The notes under the pieces were generated by a model. That model was not told the DNA's origin. It saw only the letters and a program-made list of their open reading frames with translations, and searched no databases. A program made the position numbers and the translations under genes. A stretch of DNA of 64,000 bases from an uncultured Alphaproteobacteria bacterium (GTDB lineage Bacteria > Pseudomonadota > Alphaproteobacteria > CACIAM-22H2), in the NCBI GenBank assembly GCA_963748455.1, contig CAVVJD010000020.1, positions 17,097 to 81,096 on the forward strand. The letters are read 5' to 3'. Positions 51,154-61,454 of this stretch are shown here, one piece after another. Each line of letters opens with the position of its first letter. Positions within the stretch are counted from its first letter, which is position 1.

Positions 51154-51866
51154 TCAAGCCGGACGTGGACTGCCCTTTGGCACAGTCACGAGCTGACCCT
51201 CGCGAAGCACGACAATCCGGTCCATTCTGGCCGCCAGCTCGGGATTATGCGTCGCGACCAGCGCCGCCAATCCGGTGCCGCGCACCAGCTTGATCAGCTC
51301 GGCGAACACCAACTCGGCGGTGTGCGGATCGAGATTGCCGGTAGGTTCATCCGCGAGCAGGACCTTCGGCGCGTTGGCGACCGCGCGCACGATCGCGACA
51401 CGTTGCTGCTCACCGCCGGAGAGCCGCGCCGGCCGGTGCGTCTCGCGCGCCGTCAGCCCGACCAGCGACAGCAATTGGCGGGCCCGCTCGCGCGCCTGTT
51501 TGCGCGTCATCCCGGCGATCATCTGCGGAATGACGACATTCTCCAGCGCCGAGAATTCCGGCAGCAGATGATGGAACTGGTAAACAAATCCCAAATATTT
51601 GCGCCGCATCTCGGTGCGCTCGACCTCGCTCATGCGGCTGCACGGCTTGCCGGCGAGGAAACCTCGCCATCGTCGGCATGCTCGAGCAGCCCGGCGATGT
51701 GCAGCAGCGTCGATTTGCCCGCCCCCGACGGCCCGACCAGCGCCACGCATTCGCCCGCCATCAGCGTCAGCGAAGCACCTTTCAGCACCTCGAGCGGCGA
51801 GGCCGCCTGCTTGAAGCGCCGCACGATCTTGTCGAGCGTAGCGCGCTCCTGGCCGCGCGGCTTCAC
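51154..51866 (-). pseudogene. lolD: lipoprotein-releasing ABC transporter ATP-binding protein, -1 frameshift in a T-run near 51659-51661
   Basis: ORF 51630..51866 ([25 protein letters not shown]) and the C-terminal two thirds of ORF 51154..51870 ([33 protein letters not shown]...[11 protein letters not shown]...[11 protein letters not shown]) are adjacent in different frames. Length is 3n+2. Confidence 0.88.
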
Positions 51867-53110
51867 TCATAGCGCAGCGCCTCGACCGGATCGAGCGCCG
51901 CCGCGCGCCAGGCCGGGTAGATCGTCGCCAGGAACGACAGCCCCAGCGCCATCGCGACGACCTGTCCGACCTCGACCGGATCCATTTTGGCCGGAAGCTG
52001 CGACAGGAAATAGACCGTCGGGTTGAACAAATCCGTGCCGGTCAGCTTCTGCAGCCACTGCCGGATATTCTCGATATTGCTGCAGAACGCGACCCCCAGC
52101 AGGAAGCCGAACACTGTCCCGATCACACCCACGCTCGCCCCGCAGAGGAAGAAGATGCGCAGCACACTGCCGCGGCTCGCCCCCATGGTGCGCAGGATCG
52201 CGATGTCCTTGGACTTGTCCTTCACCAGCATGATCAGGCTGGAGATGATGTTGAACGCCGCCACCAGGATGATCAGCGTCAAGATCAGGAACATGACGTT
52301 GCGTTCGACCTGCACGGCGTTGAAGAAGCTCGCGTTCGCCTGCTGCCAGTCGAACGGGCGGAAACCGGGCCCCAGCGCCTCGGCGATGACGCGGCGCATC
52401 TGTCCCGATCTGTCGGGGTCGCGCACCATCACCTCGATCCCCGACACGGCATTGGGCAGGCGGAAATAGAGCTGTGCCGCTTCCAGCGGCATGTAGATAT
52501 ACGAGCTGTCGTATTCGAACATGCCGACTTCGAACAGCGCCACGATCTTGTAGCCGCGCATGCGCGGCACCGTGCCGAAGGCCGTCACGCTGCCTTGCGG
52601 CGAGATCAGCGTCACCGTGTCGCCGATCGTCAGCCCGAATTTCTGCGCCATGCGCGTGCCGACGATGATGGCATCCTCGCCGACAAAATTGTTGAGATCG
52701 CCGCTCTTGATGTTGCGGGAGATCAGCGTGCGTGCACGCAGATCCTCCGGCCTGATGCCGCGCACCAAAGCGCCCGCCGCCACATTGTTGGCGCTCGCCA
52801 TCACCTGCCCTTCGACCAGCGGCGTGGCGCTGATCACGTCGGGCACTCGCTTGATCGTTTCCACGGCCTTGTCGAAATCGCTCACGGCTTGGCCGGCGCC
52901 GTAAATCGTGAGGTGACCGTTGAGGCCGAGGATGCGCCCCAGGAGCTCGGCGCGGAACCCGTTCATCACCGCCATGACGATGATGAGCGTCGCCACGCCC
53001 AGCGCGATGCCCAGCAGCGAGAACCCGGCAATGACGGAGATGAACCCTTCCTGCCGGCGCGCGCGCAAATAGCGCCCCGCCATCATCCGCTCGAAGGGAT
53101 TGAAGATCAT
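51863..53110 (-). CDS. lipoprotein-releasing ABC transporter permease, LolC/LolE family
   Basis: ORF 51863..53110, 415 aa. MacB-like periplasmic domain plus FtsX C-terminal helices. 4-nt overlap with lolD. Confidence 0.9.
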   Translation of the reverse strand: MIFNPFERMMAGRYLRARRQEGFISVIAGFSLLGIALGVATLIIVMAVMNGFRAELLGRILGLNGHLTIYGAGQAVSDFDKAVETIKRVPDVISATPLVEGQVMASANNVAAGALVRGIRPEDLRARTLISRNIKSGDLNNFVGEDAIIVGTRMAQKFGLTIGDTVTLISPQGSVTAFGTVPRMRGYKIVALFEVGMFEYDSSYIYMPLEAAQLYFRLPNAVSGIEVMVRDPDRSGQMRRVIAEALGPGFRPFDWQQANASFFNAVQVERNVMFLILTLIILVAAFNIISSLIMLVKDKSKDIAILRTMGASRGSVLRIFFLCGASVGVIGTVFGFLLGVAFCSNIENIRQWLQKLTGTDLFNPTVYFLSQLPAKMDPVEVGQVVAMALGLSFLATIYPAWRAAALDPVEALRYE

Positions 53111-53138
53111 GGGGTGCCTGTGACGAGCATGGCGCCAG

Positions 53139-53259
53139 CCTCATCCTTCGAGACGCACGCCCCGTGGGAGTACTCCTCAGGATCAGGTTTCAACATAGGT
53201 GCAATATGCGGCCTCATCCTGAGGAGCAGCGCGCCAGCGCCGCGTCTCGAAGGATGGGA
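53139..53259. repeat. REP-like nested palindrome, family C
   Basis: Outer arms CATCCTTCGAGACGC (53142-53156) / GCGTCTCGAAGGATG (53242-53256). Inner arms CTCCTCAGGAT (53173-53183) / ATCCTGAGGAG (53216-53226). Shares CCTCATCCTGAG and TCGAAGGATG with 10979-11007. Confidence 0.75.
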
Positions 53260-53288
53260 GCAAGGCGCAATGTCGCTCAAAACACCCA

Positions 53289-54617
53289 TCAACCCGCCGT
53301 CAGCTTCGCCAGCGCCGCGTCCGCCGACAGCTCTTCCTTCTGCCCGCCCTTGCGGCGCTTGATCTCGATCACGCCCTTGGCGATGCCGCGCGGGCCCACC
53401 GTCGCCTGCCAGGGCAGGCCGATCAGATCCATGGTCGCGAACTTGGCGCCCGGGCTCTCGGTCCGGTCGTCGTAAAGCACGCTCTTGCCGGCCTTCTGCA
53501 GCTTGGCATAAAGATCGAGCGCCGCCTTGTCGCACGCCGCATCGCCGGGGCGCAGATTGACAAGGCCGACATCGAACGGCGCCACGCTGTCCGGCCAGAC
53601 GATGCCGGCATCGTCGTGGCTGGCCTCGATGATCGCGCCCACCAGCCGCGACACGCCGATGCCGTAGGAGCCCATCTCCAGCGCGATGTTCTCGCCATTG
53701 GGCCCGGCCACCACCGCATTGAGCGGCTTCGAGTACTTGGTGCCGAAATAGAAGATGTGGCCGACCTCGATGCCGCGCGCCGTCAGCAGGCGATCGCCTA
53801 GCTTCTCGCCCATCGCCTTGTCATGCTTCTCATCGGTCGCGGCATAGAAGGACGTGAAGCGGTTCACGACCTCCTGCATGCCGGGCACATCGTCATACGA
53901 CACGCCGATATTGAGGAAATCCATATCGAGGAAATCGCGATCGACGAACACGGCGCTCTCGCCCGTGTCGGCGAGGATGATGAACTCATGGCTGAGATCG
54001 CCGCCGATCGGCCCGGTGTCGGCGCGCATCGGGATCGCCTTCAGCCCCATCCGCGCGAACGTCCGCAGATAAGCGACGAACATCTTGTTGTAGGAATGGC
54101 GCGCGCCGGCCGCGTCGAGATCGAAGGAGTAATTGTCCTTCATCAGGAACTCGCGCCCGCGCATCACGCCGAAGCGCGGCCGCACCTCGTCGCGGAATTT
54201 CCACTGGATGTGATAGAGGTTCTTGGGCAGGTCGCGATAGCTCTTGAGCGAGGCGCGCACGATCTCGGTGATCTGCTCCTCATTGGTCGGCCCGTAGAGC
54301 ATCTCGCGCTCATGCCGGTCGGTGATGCGCAGCATCTCCTTGCCGTAATCGTCGTAGCGCCCGGATTCCTTCCACAGCTCGGCCGGCTGGATGGTCGGCA
54401 TCAGCACTTCCTGCGCGCCGGAGCGGTCCTGCTCCTCGCGCACGATCTGCTCGACCTTCTGCAGTACCTTGAAGCCCAGCGGCAGCCACGAATAGATGCC
54501 GGCACTGGATTGGCGCACCATGCCCGCGCGCAGCATCAGGCGGTGGGAGACGATTTGCGCCTCGCTGGGGTTCTCCCTCAGCGTCGGCATGAAGAACTGC
54601 GACAGTCGCATGGACAT
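53289..54617 (-). CDS. proS: proline--tRNA ligase (alphaproteobacterial short type)
   Basis: ORF 53289..54848 trimmed to [17 protein letters not shown] (the upstream codons are REP sequence). Class II motifs present. Confidence 0.92.
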   Translation of the reverse strand: MSMRLSQFFMPTLRENPSEAQIVSHRLMLRAGMVRQSSAGIYSWLPLGFKVLQKVEQIVREEQDRSGAQEVLMPTIQPAELWKESGRYDDYGKEMLRITDRHEREMLYGPTNEEQITEIVRASLKSYRDLPKNLYHIQWKFRDEVRPRFGVMRGREFLMKDNYSFDLDAAGARHSYNKMFVAYLRTFARMGLKAIPMRADTGPIGGDLSHEFIILADTGESAVFVDRDFLDMDFLNIGVSYDDVPGMQEVVNRFTSFYAATDEKHDKAMGEKLGDRLLTARGIEVGHIFYFGTKYSKPLNAVVAGPNGENIALEMGSYGIGVSRLVGAIIEASHDDAGIVWPDSVAPFDVGLVNLRPGDAACDKAALDLYAKLQKAGKSVLYDDRTESPGAKFATMDLIGLPWQATVGPRGIAKGVIEIKRRKGGQKEELSADAALAKLTAG

Positions 54618-54763
54618 CCTTAAAGCGTGACCTGGGCCCGGCGGTTCCGGGCCGGGCGCGACTTTAGGCAATGCCCGCCGCGCTGGCAATTTAACTTGTC
54701 GCAAGCTTGGGTTGGCGCGTTTCTGAAATTTTGGAAAGCCGCCTGCCACAAGCGGGCCATATC

Positions 54764-54889
54764 CCCTCTCCCCTCTGGGGAGAGGGTTAGGGTGAGGGGG
54801 TGGCACGGTCGAAGACGCACAAGGTGGGAGGTCTCTCCGCCCCCTCACCCGCTCGCTTCGCTCGCACCCTCTCCCCCGAGGGGAGAGGG
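54764..54889. repeat. REP-like composite palindromic element, family A (second copy)
   Basis: Hairpins CCCTCTCCCC-tct-GGGGAGAGGG (54764-54786) and CCCTCTCCCC-cga-GGGGAGAGGG (54867-54889) flank the inverted repeat GGGTGAGGGGG (54790-54800) / CCCCCTCACCC (54840-54850). Confidence 0.8.
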
Positions 54890-54897
54890 TTGGGGAA

Positions 54898-55311
54898 TCA
54901 ACGCCGTCCCACGCCGCGCTGGCGGCAGAGCTCGCGCAGCGCCTCGATCTCCGGGCTCTGCAGCGGCTGGCCGTTGTAGAAGGCGCGGCCGTCGCGCTCG
55001 ACCGTCACCTTGCCGAGCGGCAGATTGGGCTGGAACAGAGGCGAGGTGGACGGGATGCCGAAGCGGCGCAAATCGACGGCGACATCGAACGTGATCCGGT
55101 CGGGCACCGTGATCTGAGCGCCGCCGTTGAGGTCCGCCGGCGCCACCTTGCGACCCTGCGCGTCGACGCCGGGCTTGTAGGCGACATCCGGGGCCGGCAC
55201 ATGCGTGACCGTCAGGCGCTGACAATCAACGCCGTCCATGTAGATCTTCTGGGCAGCGGCAGGCACGGCGCAGAGGCCAGCCAGGAGAAAGGCCAGGATC
55301 GGGCGAAACAT
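54898..55311 (-). CDS. hypothetical secreted protein
   Basis: ORF 54898..55404 trimmed to [21 protein letters not shown] (signal peptide). No family recognised. Confidence 0.55.
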   Translation of the reverse strand: MFRPILAFLLAGLCAVPAAAQKIYMDGVDCQRLTVTHVPAPDVAYKPGVDAQGRKVAPADLNGGAQITVPDRITFDVAVDLRRFGIPSTSPLFQPNLPLGKVTVERDGRAFYNGQPLQSPEIEALRELCRQRGVGRR

Positions 55312-55459
55312 ATCCACAGCCTGCCCCGGCGCCCTTAAGATTTCGATAACAATTGGCGCCAGCCCTGGCTTAGGCTTCGAGACCGGGGATCGGCCTAAGA
55401 ACAATCCGGGGCGCCGTTCGGCGAGCCCATCGGCCGGCCAACATCAATCGGGGGATTCG

Positions 55460-56749
55460 ATGCTTGAGCGTTATTTCCAGCTCCGCGCCTACGGCACGGA
55501 TGTGCGCACGGAGATCATGGCCGGCGCGACGACATTCCTGACCATGGCCTACATCATCTTCGTCAACCCGCAGATTCTGTCGATCTCGGGCATGGATCTC
55601 GGCGCCGTCTTCGTCGCCACCTGCCTTGCCGCGGCGATCAGCTCGGCGATCATGGGCCTCTACGCCAACTACCCGATCGCGCTCGCCCCCGGCATGGGCC
55701 TCAACGCCTATTTCTCCTTCGGTCTCGTCAAGGGCATGGGCTATTCGTGGGAAGTGGCGCTGGGCGCCGTCTTCTTCTCCGGCCTGCTCGCCTTGATCCT
55801 CAGCGTATCGCCGGTGCGCGAATGGCTGTTCAATGCCATTCCGAAAACCCTCAAGCTGTCCATCTCCGCCGGCATCGGCTTGTTCCTCGGCATCATCGCC
55901 CTCAAGAACGCCGGCGTGATCGTCGAGAGCCCGGCGACCCTCGTGACGCTCGGCAACGTTAAATCCCCAGCGGTGCTGCTCGCCGCCGCCGGCTTCATCG
56001 CCATGGTGGCGCTCGATGCGCGCAAAGTGCCCGGGGCGATCATCATCGCCATTCTTGTCACGACGGCCGCTGGCGTGATCCTGGGCGTGTCGCCGGCTGG
56101 CGGCATCGTCTCGCTGCCACCCAGCCTGGCGCCCACCTTCCTGAAGCTCGACCTCGCCGGCGCGCTTGAAATCGGCCTGATCTCCATCATCTTCGCCCTG
56201 CTGTTTGTCGACCTGTTCGACACCGCCGGCACGCTGGTGGGTGTGGCCCACCGGGCCGGGCTGCTGACCCCGGACGGCAAGCTACCGCGCCTCAAGCGGG
56301 CTCTGCTGGCCGACAGCTCGGCCACCATGATCGGGGCGCTGCTCGGCACGTCGAACACCACCTCCTATATCGAAAGTGCGGCGGGCGTGAAGGTCGGCGG
56401 CCGCACAGGGTTAACGGCGGTCACGGTTGCGATTTTGTTCCTGCTGGCCCTGTTTCTGGCGCCGCTGGCCGGTACGGTGCCCGCCTACGCGACCGCCCCG
56501 GCGCTGCTGTTCGTGGCCTGCCTGATGGCCCGGGGGCTCACCGAAATGGACTGGGAGGACGTCACGGAGTACGCCCCCGGCGTGGTGACCGCCCTGGCCA
56601 TGCCGCTCACCTTCTCGATCGCCTATGGTATTGCCTTCGGTTTCATCACTTACGCCGGTGCCAAAATTTTAAGCGGTCGCTGGTCCGAAATGAGTGTCGC
56701 GGTCCCGATTTTGGCGGCCTTGTTCATCATCAAATTCGCCTGGTTTTAG
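55460..56749 (+). CDS. NCS2-family purine (adenine/guanine/hypoxanthine) permease
   Basis: ORF 55460..56749. MLERYFQLRAYGTDVRTEIMAGATTFLTMAYIIFVNPQIL is the typical AzgA/PbuG-type N-terminus. Confidence 0.88.
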   Translation: MLERYFQLRAYGTDVRTEIMAGATTFLTMAYIIFVNPQILSISGMDLGAVFVATCLAAAISSAIMGLYANYPIALAPGMGLNAYFSFGLVKGMGYSWEVALGAVFFSGLLALILSVSPVREWLFNAIPKTLKLSISAGIGLFLGIIALKNAGVIVESPATLVTLGNVKSPAVLLAAAGFIAMVALDARKVPGAIIIAILVTTAAGVILGVSPAGGIVSLPPSLAPTFLKLDLAGALEIGLISIIFALLFVDLFDTAGTLVGVAHRAGLLTPDGKLPRLKRALLADSSATMIGALLGTSNTTSYIESAAGVKVGGRTGLTAVTVAILFLLALFLAPLAGTVPAYATAPALLFVACLMARGLTEMDWEDVTEYAPGVVTALAMPLTFSIAYGIAFGFITYAGAKILSGRWSEMSVAVPILAALFIIKFAWF

Positions 56750-56798
56750 GCGGGAAACCGCCATTCCAGGGATCATATGTATACGAACTAAAAAGCCA

Positions 56799-56940
56799 GT
56801 GACACGTTGACGCACAATGCCTATACTCCGTGCACAAATTTTGAATAACAAAAGACACCGCTGCGGAACGGTCCAAGTTTGGGGAGAGCACGCATCGAAG
56901 CCCGGATCTGAGAAATCAGATCCGGGCTTCGGTATTTCCG
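56799..56940 (+). ncRNA. candidate small RNA (about 100 nt) bounded by a sigma70-like promoter and a strong terminator hairpin
   Basis: GTGACA (56799-56804)-N17-TATACT (56822-56827). AT-rich body with no convincing ORF. Ends in the 16-bp hairpin at 56896-56931. No family recognised. Confidence 0.3.
56896..56931. terminator. perfect 16-bp hairpin with GAAA loop between the convergent permease and tag genes (probable bidirectional terminator)
   Basis: CGAAGCCCGGATCTGA-gaaa-TCAGATCCGGGCTTCG, followed by gtatttcc on the plus strand. Confidence 0.6.
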
Positions 56941-56967
56941 GCCCCCCGCTTCTTTCGGGCGACGTTG

Positions 56968-57519
56968 TTAATATTTGAAATCGCCGGCGCGCTGCCACGC
57001 CGGCCGCAGTTTTGTGATGCGCTTGGCGACCGGACAATCCGCGCGATGCGCGCCCGGCAGGTAGCCGATGCTCATTAAGAATTCGCCGACGATCTCGCCG
57101 CCGGTGAACACGAATTCCTTTTTGAACAATTTCACCCACTCCGCTTTCGTAAGCGGGTGATGCGCCTCGATCCATTCTGCGAAACTGCCGTGCGTCTTGC
57201 GCAGCGCCCGGATGCGCTTGGCATTCTCGATGACCGCGCGGACTTTCAGCTTGTTGCGCACGATGCCCGCATCCTGCAACAGCCGCGCCTCATCGCGCGC
57301 CCCGAAACGCGCCACGCGATCGACATCGAATCCCTTGAATGCCTTGATGAAGGCCTCGCGCTTGCGCAGCATCAACAGCCACGACAATCCGGCCTGGTTG
57401 ATCTCCAGCGCCAGGCGCTCGAGCAGCGCCGCATCGTCCTCCAGCGGAAATCCATACATCGTGTCGTGATACGGGCCATGCTCGGGATGGCCCGGCGCGA
57501 AATCGCAATAGCCGGACAT
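56968..57519 (-). CDS. tag: DNA-3-methyladenine glycosylase I
   Basis: ORF 56968..57519. YHDTMYGFP, LERLALEINQAGLSW, FVFTGGEIVGEFLMSIGYL motifs. Confidence 0.9.
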   Translation of the reverse strand: MSGYCDFAPGHPEHGPYHDTMYGFPLEDDAALLERLALEINQAGLSWLLMLRKREAFIKAFKGFDVDRVARFGARDEARLLQDAGIVRNKLKVRAVIENAKRIRALRKTHGSFAEWIEAHHPLTKAEWVKLFKKEFVFTGGEIVGEFLMSIGYLPGAHRADCPVAKRITKLRPAWQRAGDFKY

Positions 57520-57528
57520 GCGTAAACC

Positions 57529-57759
57529 TCAGTCGAAATTGATCAGACCGTATTCGACGGCCGCCAAGAACGCGCCCCAGACGATGGCGGCAATGATCGT
57601 GGTGACGATCGCCTTCAGCACCAAGCGCGGATTTTCCGGCGCACTCGTCGCGTGGCCTGCCGCAGGATGCTCGCTTGGCTTGGCGCCCCACGGCAGGACC
57701 GTGAACAGCACGATCCACCATACGACGATATAACCGGAGATCACGGTCGCGAGGCTCAT
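57529..57759 (-). CDS. DUF1467-family small membrane protein
   Basis: ORF 57529..57759, 76 aa, two TM helices, IVVWWIVLFTVLPWG motif. Confidence 0.7.
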   Translation of the reverse strand: MSLATVISGYIVVWWIVLFTVLPWGAKPSEHPAAGHATSAPENPRLVLKAIVTTIIAAIVWGAFLAAVEYGLINFD

Positions 57760-57763
57760 CGCG

Positions 57764-58168
57764 TCAGACCTGTTCGATCTCGATCAGCGTGCCGCAGAAA
57801 TCTTTGGGGTGCAGGAACAGGACCGGCTTGTTGTGAGCGCCGGTGCGCGGCGTGCCGTCGCCCAGTACGCGCGCGCCCGCTGCCTTCAGTCTGTCGCGCG
57901 CCGCCAGGATATCGTCGACCTCGTAGCACACGTGATGGATGCCGCCCGATGGATTGCCGGCAAGGAACTTGGCGATCGGCGAGCCTTCCCCCAGCGGATG
58001 CAGCAGTTCGATCTTGGTGTTGGGCAGCTCGACGAACACCGTCGTCACGCCATGCGCCGGCAACTCGAGAGGCGCCGACACCTTGGCGCCCAGCGTCTCG
58101 CGATAGAGGCGTGACGCGGCGTCGAGGTCAGGAACGACAATGGCAACGTGATTGAGGCGGCCGATCAT
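57764..58168 (-). CDS. mce: methylmalonyl-CoA epimerase
   Basis: ORF 57764..58609 trimmed to MIGRLNHVAIVVPDLDAASRLY. GGIHHVCYEVDDI, VLFLHPKDFCGTLIE motifs. 134 aa. Confidence 0.88.
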   Translation of the reverse strand: MIGRLNHVAIVVPDLDAASRLYRETLGAKVSAPLELPAHGVTTVFVELPNTKIELLHPLGEGSPIAKFLAGNPSGGIHHVCYEVDDILAARDRLKAAGARVLGDGTPRTGAHNKPVLFLHPKDFCGTLIEIEQV

Positions 58169-58914
58169 GCCCCAGTATGTAGCATCGCGGCACCGCGTGT
58201 TCCAGACGCTCGCCCCGCGCCGAAATAGTGCGCCTGCAAGCGCTCGACATAGGCGACCAGATTGGCGTGACGCAGCACCGCGTCCTTGGCGGGTGAGGCC
58301 ATCGGCGGCACCAGGATGGACGCCGTAAAGGCGAATACGGTCGCATCCACGCTGCTGGGTGCTGCCCCCATGAAATACGGCCGGTCGCCCAGCTGCGCGG
58401 CCACGGCGTCGATATCCGCCTGCGCCATGGCATAGATCTCCGCCTCCGCATGCCGCCCAACGCCCTGGCCGTGCAAGGCCCCGCGGACCTGACGGCGGAC
58501 CAGGGTCGCCACCACGCTGCGGATCACCGGCGGCAAACCGCCGAAGGCCGTTGCGCGCGTCTGCGGCCAAAACCGCGCGTCGATCCAGCGGCTGTAGACA
58601 CCGACCCAATAGGTGCGCTCCTCCAGCATCCGCGCGAAGGCATGTGCAACCGCCCGTGCCTTGTCGTCCAGCCCGGCGTCGAAATCAATCCGATACTTGC
58701 GCTCAAGGTGCCGGCGGATCGCCTCGGAATCGCCGATCAGCGCGCCATCGTCCTCGATTGCCGGCAGCTTGCCCTTGGGCCCGCGGCGCGGATTGCCGGT
58801 CACGACCGTCTCGTAGTCGAGCCCGGCCATCTTCAGCAGCATCTCGACCTTGATGCAGAACGGGCTGAGATTGGGCAGGCCGAACGCGGCGGGAAACTGG
58901 ATGAGCTTGATCAT
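58165..58914 (-). CDS. glutathione S-transferase family protein
   Basis: ORF 58165..58914. N-terminal thioredoxin-like FGLPNLSPFCIKVEMLLKMAGLDYE...KLPAIEDDGALIGDSEAI. Confidence 0.8.
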   Translation of the reverse strand: MIKLIQFPAAFGLPNLSPFCIKVEMLLKMAGLDYETVVTGNPRRGPKGKLPAIEDDGALIGDSEAIRRHLERKYRIDFDAGLDDKARAVAHAFARMLEERTYWVGVYSRWIDARFWPQTRATAFGGLPPVIRSVVATLVRRQVRGALHGQGVGRHAEAEIYAMAQADIDAVAAQLGDRPYFMGAAPSSVDATVFAFTASILVPPMASPAKDAVLRHANLVAYVERLQAHYFGAGRASGTRGAAMLHTGA

Positions 58915-58944
58915 GGCGCCTCATCATACGCTTGGCCGAGCCCT

Positions 58945-60654
58945 TTAGACGCGCACGACCATCACTTCGGTGGTCGGCTTTTTGCCGATCTTGTCCTTGG
59001 CCAGGCGGCGCAGCGCGCGACGCACGGCTTCCTTGATGTCGTCGTCATCGGCTTTCTTCGAAAGCTTCTCGACGGCCTCGGCGGCGACCTCCACCATTTC
59101 AGCGAATAGCTCGCTTTCGCTATCGGGGTCAATCAGACCCGGGGCGCTCACCTGCGGATCGGCGACCAGCCGGCCGCGCTTGTCGACCACGACGGTGGCG
59201 ACCAGGGCACCGTTCCACAGGATGCGCGAGCGCCCGCGGATCACCGTGCCGTCGAGCGGCACCAGCCGCTCGCCGTCCAGCGCCAGGCGCCCCGCCTGTA
59301 CGTGCTCCACGATCTCCGGCCGCTCGGCATCGAGCCGGATCAGCGTGCCGTTCTCGGGGACGAGCGCATGCATCACCTGGCACGACAGCGCGAGTTCCGC
59401 ATGCGCCTGCATGTGGCGCTGCTCGCCATGCACCGGGATCGCGATGCGCGGGCGCACCATCTGGTACATGCGCGTCAGCTCGTCGCGATCGGGATGGCCG
59501 GAGACATGGATCGAGATGCGTCCTCGTCGGTGACGAGCCTCGACGCCCAGCCGTGTCAGCCCGTTCTGCAGCTCGGCGATCGCGCGCTCGTTGCCCGGGA
59601 TCGATGCGCGACGAAAAGATCGCCACGTCGCCGCGCTCCAGCACGATGTGCGGATGCTCGTCGCGCGGCGATGCGGGCCAGCGCGGCGCGCGGCTCGCCC
59701 TGGCTGCCGGTGCAGACCAGCACGATCTTGTCGCGCGGCACGTAGCCGGCATCGTCCTCGGTCAGGAACGGCGGCGCATCGGCGAGATAGCCGTTCTCGC
59801 GCGCCGCATTCGTCCATGCGCCACAGCGAGCGGCCGACCAGCGCCGACATCGCGGCCGTGCTTCGTCGCCGCGATGCGCGACCGATTCGCAGCCGCGCCA
59901 CGTTCGAGGCGAAGCAGGCGACCGCGACGCGCTCGTCGTAGCGGCCGATCAGGTCGGTCAGCGCCGTGCGCAGCATCGCCTTCCGAGCCGGAGTCGCCGG
60001 CGCGCAGCGCGTTGGTCGAATCGCAGATCAAGCGCCAGCACGCCCTCGTCGCCGAGCTGGCGCAGGCCCGCCTCGTCGGTGGCGGCGCCGAGCAGCGGCT
60101 CGGGATCGAGCTTCCAGTCGCCGGTGTGCAGGACCGTGCCGGCCGGCGTGCGGATCGCCAGCGCGTTCGGCTCCGGGATCGAGTGGGTCAGCGTGATCAG
60201 CTCGAGGTCGAACGGCGCCGATCGTGAAGCGGCCCGCTGGGCACGGATGTCCGTGATCGGCACCTGGTCGGCGAGGCCGCTCCTCGATCAGCTTGGCGCG
60301 CAGCAGCGAGGCGGTGAACGGCGTCGCCTAGACCGGGCAGCGCAGCTGCGGCCAGAGATACGGGACCGCGCCGATATGGTCCTCGTGCGCGTGGGTCAGC
60401 GACGATGCCGAGCAAGCGGTCGCGGCGTTCCACGATGAAGGCTGGGTCGGGCATGATCACGTCGACGCCGGGCTGTGCTCCTCCTCGCCGAAGGTGACGC
60501 CGCAGATCGACGATCAGCCATTGGCCGCCGATAGCCGTAGAGGTTGAGGTTCATGCCGATCTCGCCGGACCCGCCGAGCGGCAGGAAGTAGAGCGCGTCG
60601 CGGTCGTGCGATCTGCCGGCGCGGATGCGGAACGGGGCGGCGGCGTCGTTTCAT
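58945..60654 (-). pseudogene. rnj: ribonuclease J (metallo-beta-lactamase/beta-CASP), 3' third intact, 5' two thirds riddled with 1-nt indels
   Basis: Clean frame 58945 to about 59515 (IHVSGHPDRDELTRMYQMVRPRIAIPVHGE...). Upstream pieces are scattered over ORFs 60197..60460, 59958..60263, 59762..60031, 59129..59752 and 58945..59976 (DALYFLPLGGSGEIGMN, IMPDPAFIVERRDRLLGIV, FDLELITLTHSIPEPNALAIRTPAGTVLHTGDWKLDP, ICDSTNALRAGDSGSEGD, VLERGDVAIFSSRI, IPGNERAIAELQNGL). Confidence 0.85.
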
Positions 60655-61440
60655 GCGGCTTGCGTGTTCAGGCGATAGATCGGCGCAGCCCGGCCAGCGT
60701 CAGGTCGGGATCGACATGGTCGATGATCTCGGTGGCCTCCGGCGAACAGCGGCGCCAGGCCGCCGGTGGCGATCACGCGCATCGTCGCGCCGAACTCGGT
60801 CTTGATGCGCCGACACAGGCCCTCGATCAGCCCGATATAGCCCCAGTAACATGCCGGACTGCATGGCGGTCACGGTGTCCGTGCCGATCACCCGTGTCGG
60901 TGCGGCGGACTGCCGACGCGCGGCAGCTTGGCCGCCGCCATGTGCAGCGCCTCCAGCGACAGGTTGATCCCCGGCGCGATCACGCCGCCGCAGATAGTTG
61001 CCGTCGGCGTCGACGACAGTCGAAGGTCGTGGCGGTGCCGAAATCGACGACGATCGGCCGGCCCCTTGTAGCGCCGTGCGCCGCGGCGACGGCGTTGACG
61101 AGCCGGTCGGCGCCGACCTCCTCCGGCCGGTCGAGCAGCGACCTTGATGCCGAGATTGACGGCTTTGTCGCCGACCACCATCGGCTCGCATGCCGAAATA
61201 GCGCCGGCAGAGCTGCTCAGGTTGAAATCGGCCTCGCGGCACGACGCTGGCGATCGATCGCGCCGTCGATGTCGGTGCGCGACATCCCCTCGAGCGCCAG
61301 CAGATGGTCGAGCCAGACGACATATTCGTCGGCGGTGCGCCGTGCCGTCGGTCGCGGTGCGCCAGACTGCGCTTCAGTTCGTCGCCCTCGCACATCGCGA
61401 AGACGGTGTTGGTGTTGTTGGCGTTGATCGCGAGCAGCAT
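60651..61440 (-). pseudogene. coaX: type III pantothenate kinase, multiple frameshifts
   Basis: [23 protein letters not shown] (ORF 60700..61476), [28 protein letters not shown] (tail of ORF 61217..62491), [14 protein letters not shown], then [36 protein letters not shown] and [17 protein letters not shown] in other frames. TGA overlaps the rnj ATG. Confidence 0.8.
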
Positions 61441-61454
61441 CGGCCTCAGGCCTA

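Noticed and set aside
55312-55459. Purine riboswitch upstream of the NCS2 purine permease.
   Set aside because: The 148-nt leader lacks the conserved junction sequences and the three-helix pattern of purine riboswitches. It is GC-rich and unstructured by eye.
56841-56985. A 47-codon TTG-initiated ORF inside the candidate sRNA region.
   Set aside because: It has no Shine-Dalgarno sequence and runs through the terminator hairpin into the tag gene's 3' end. Its composition is unlike the coding regions here.
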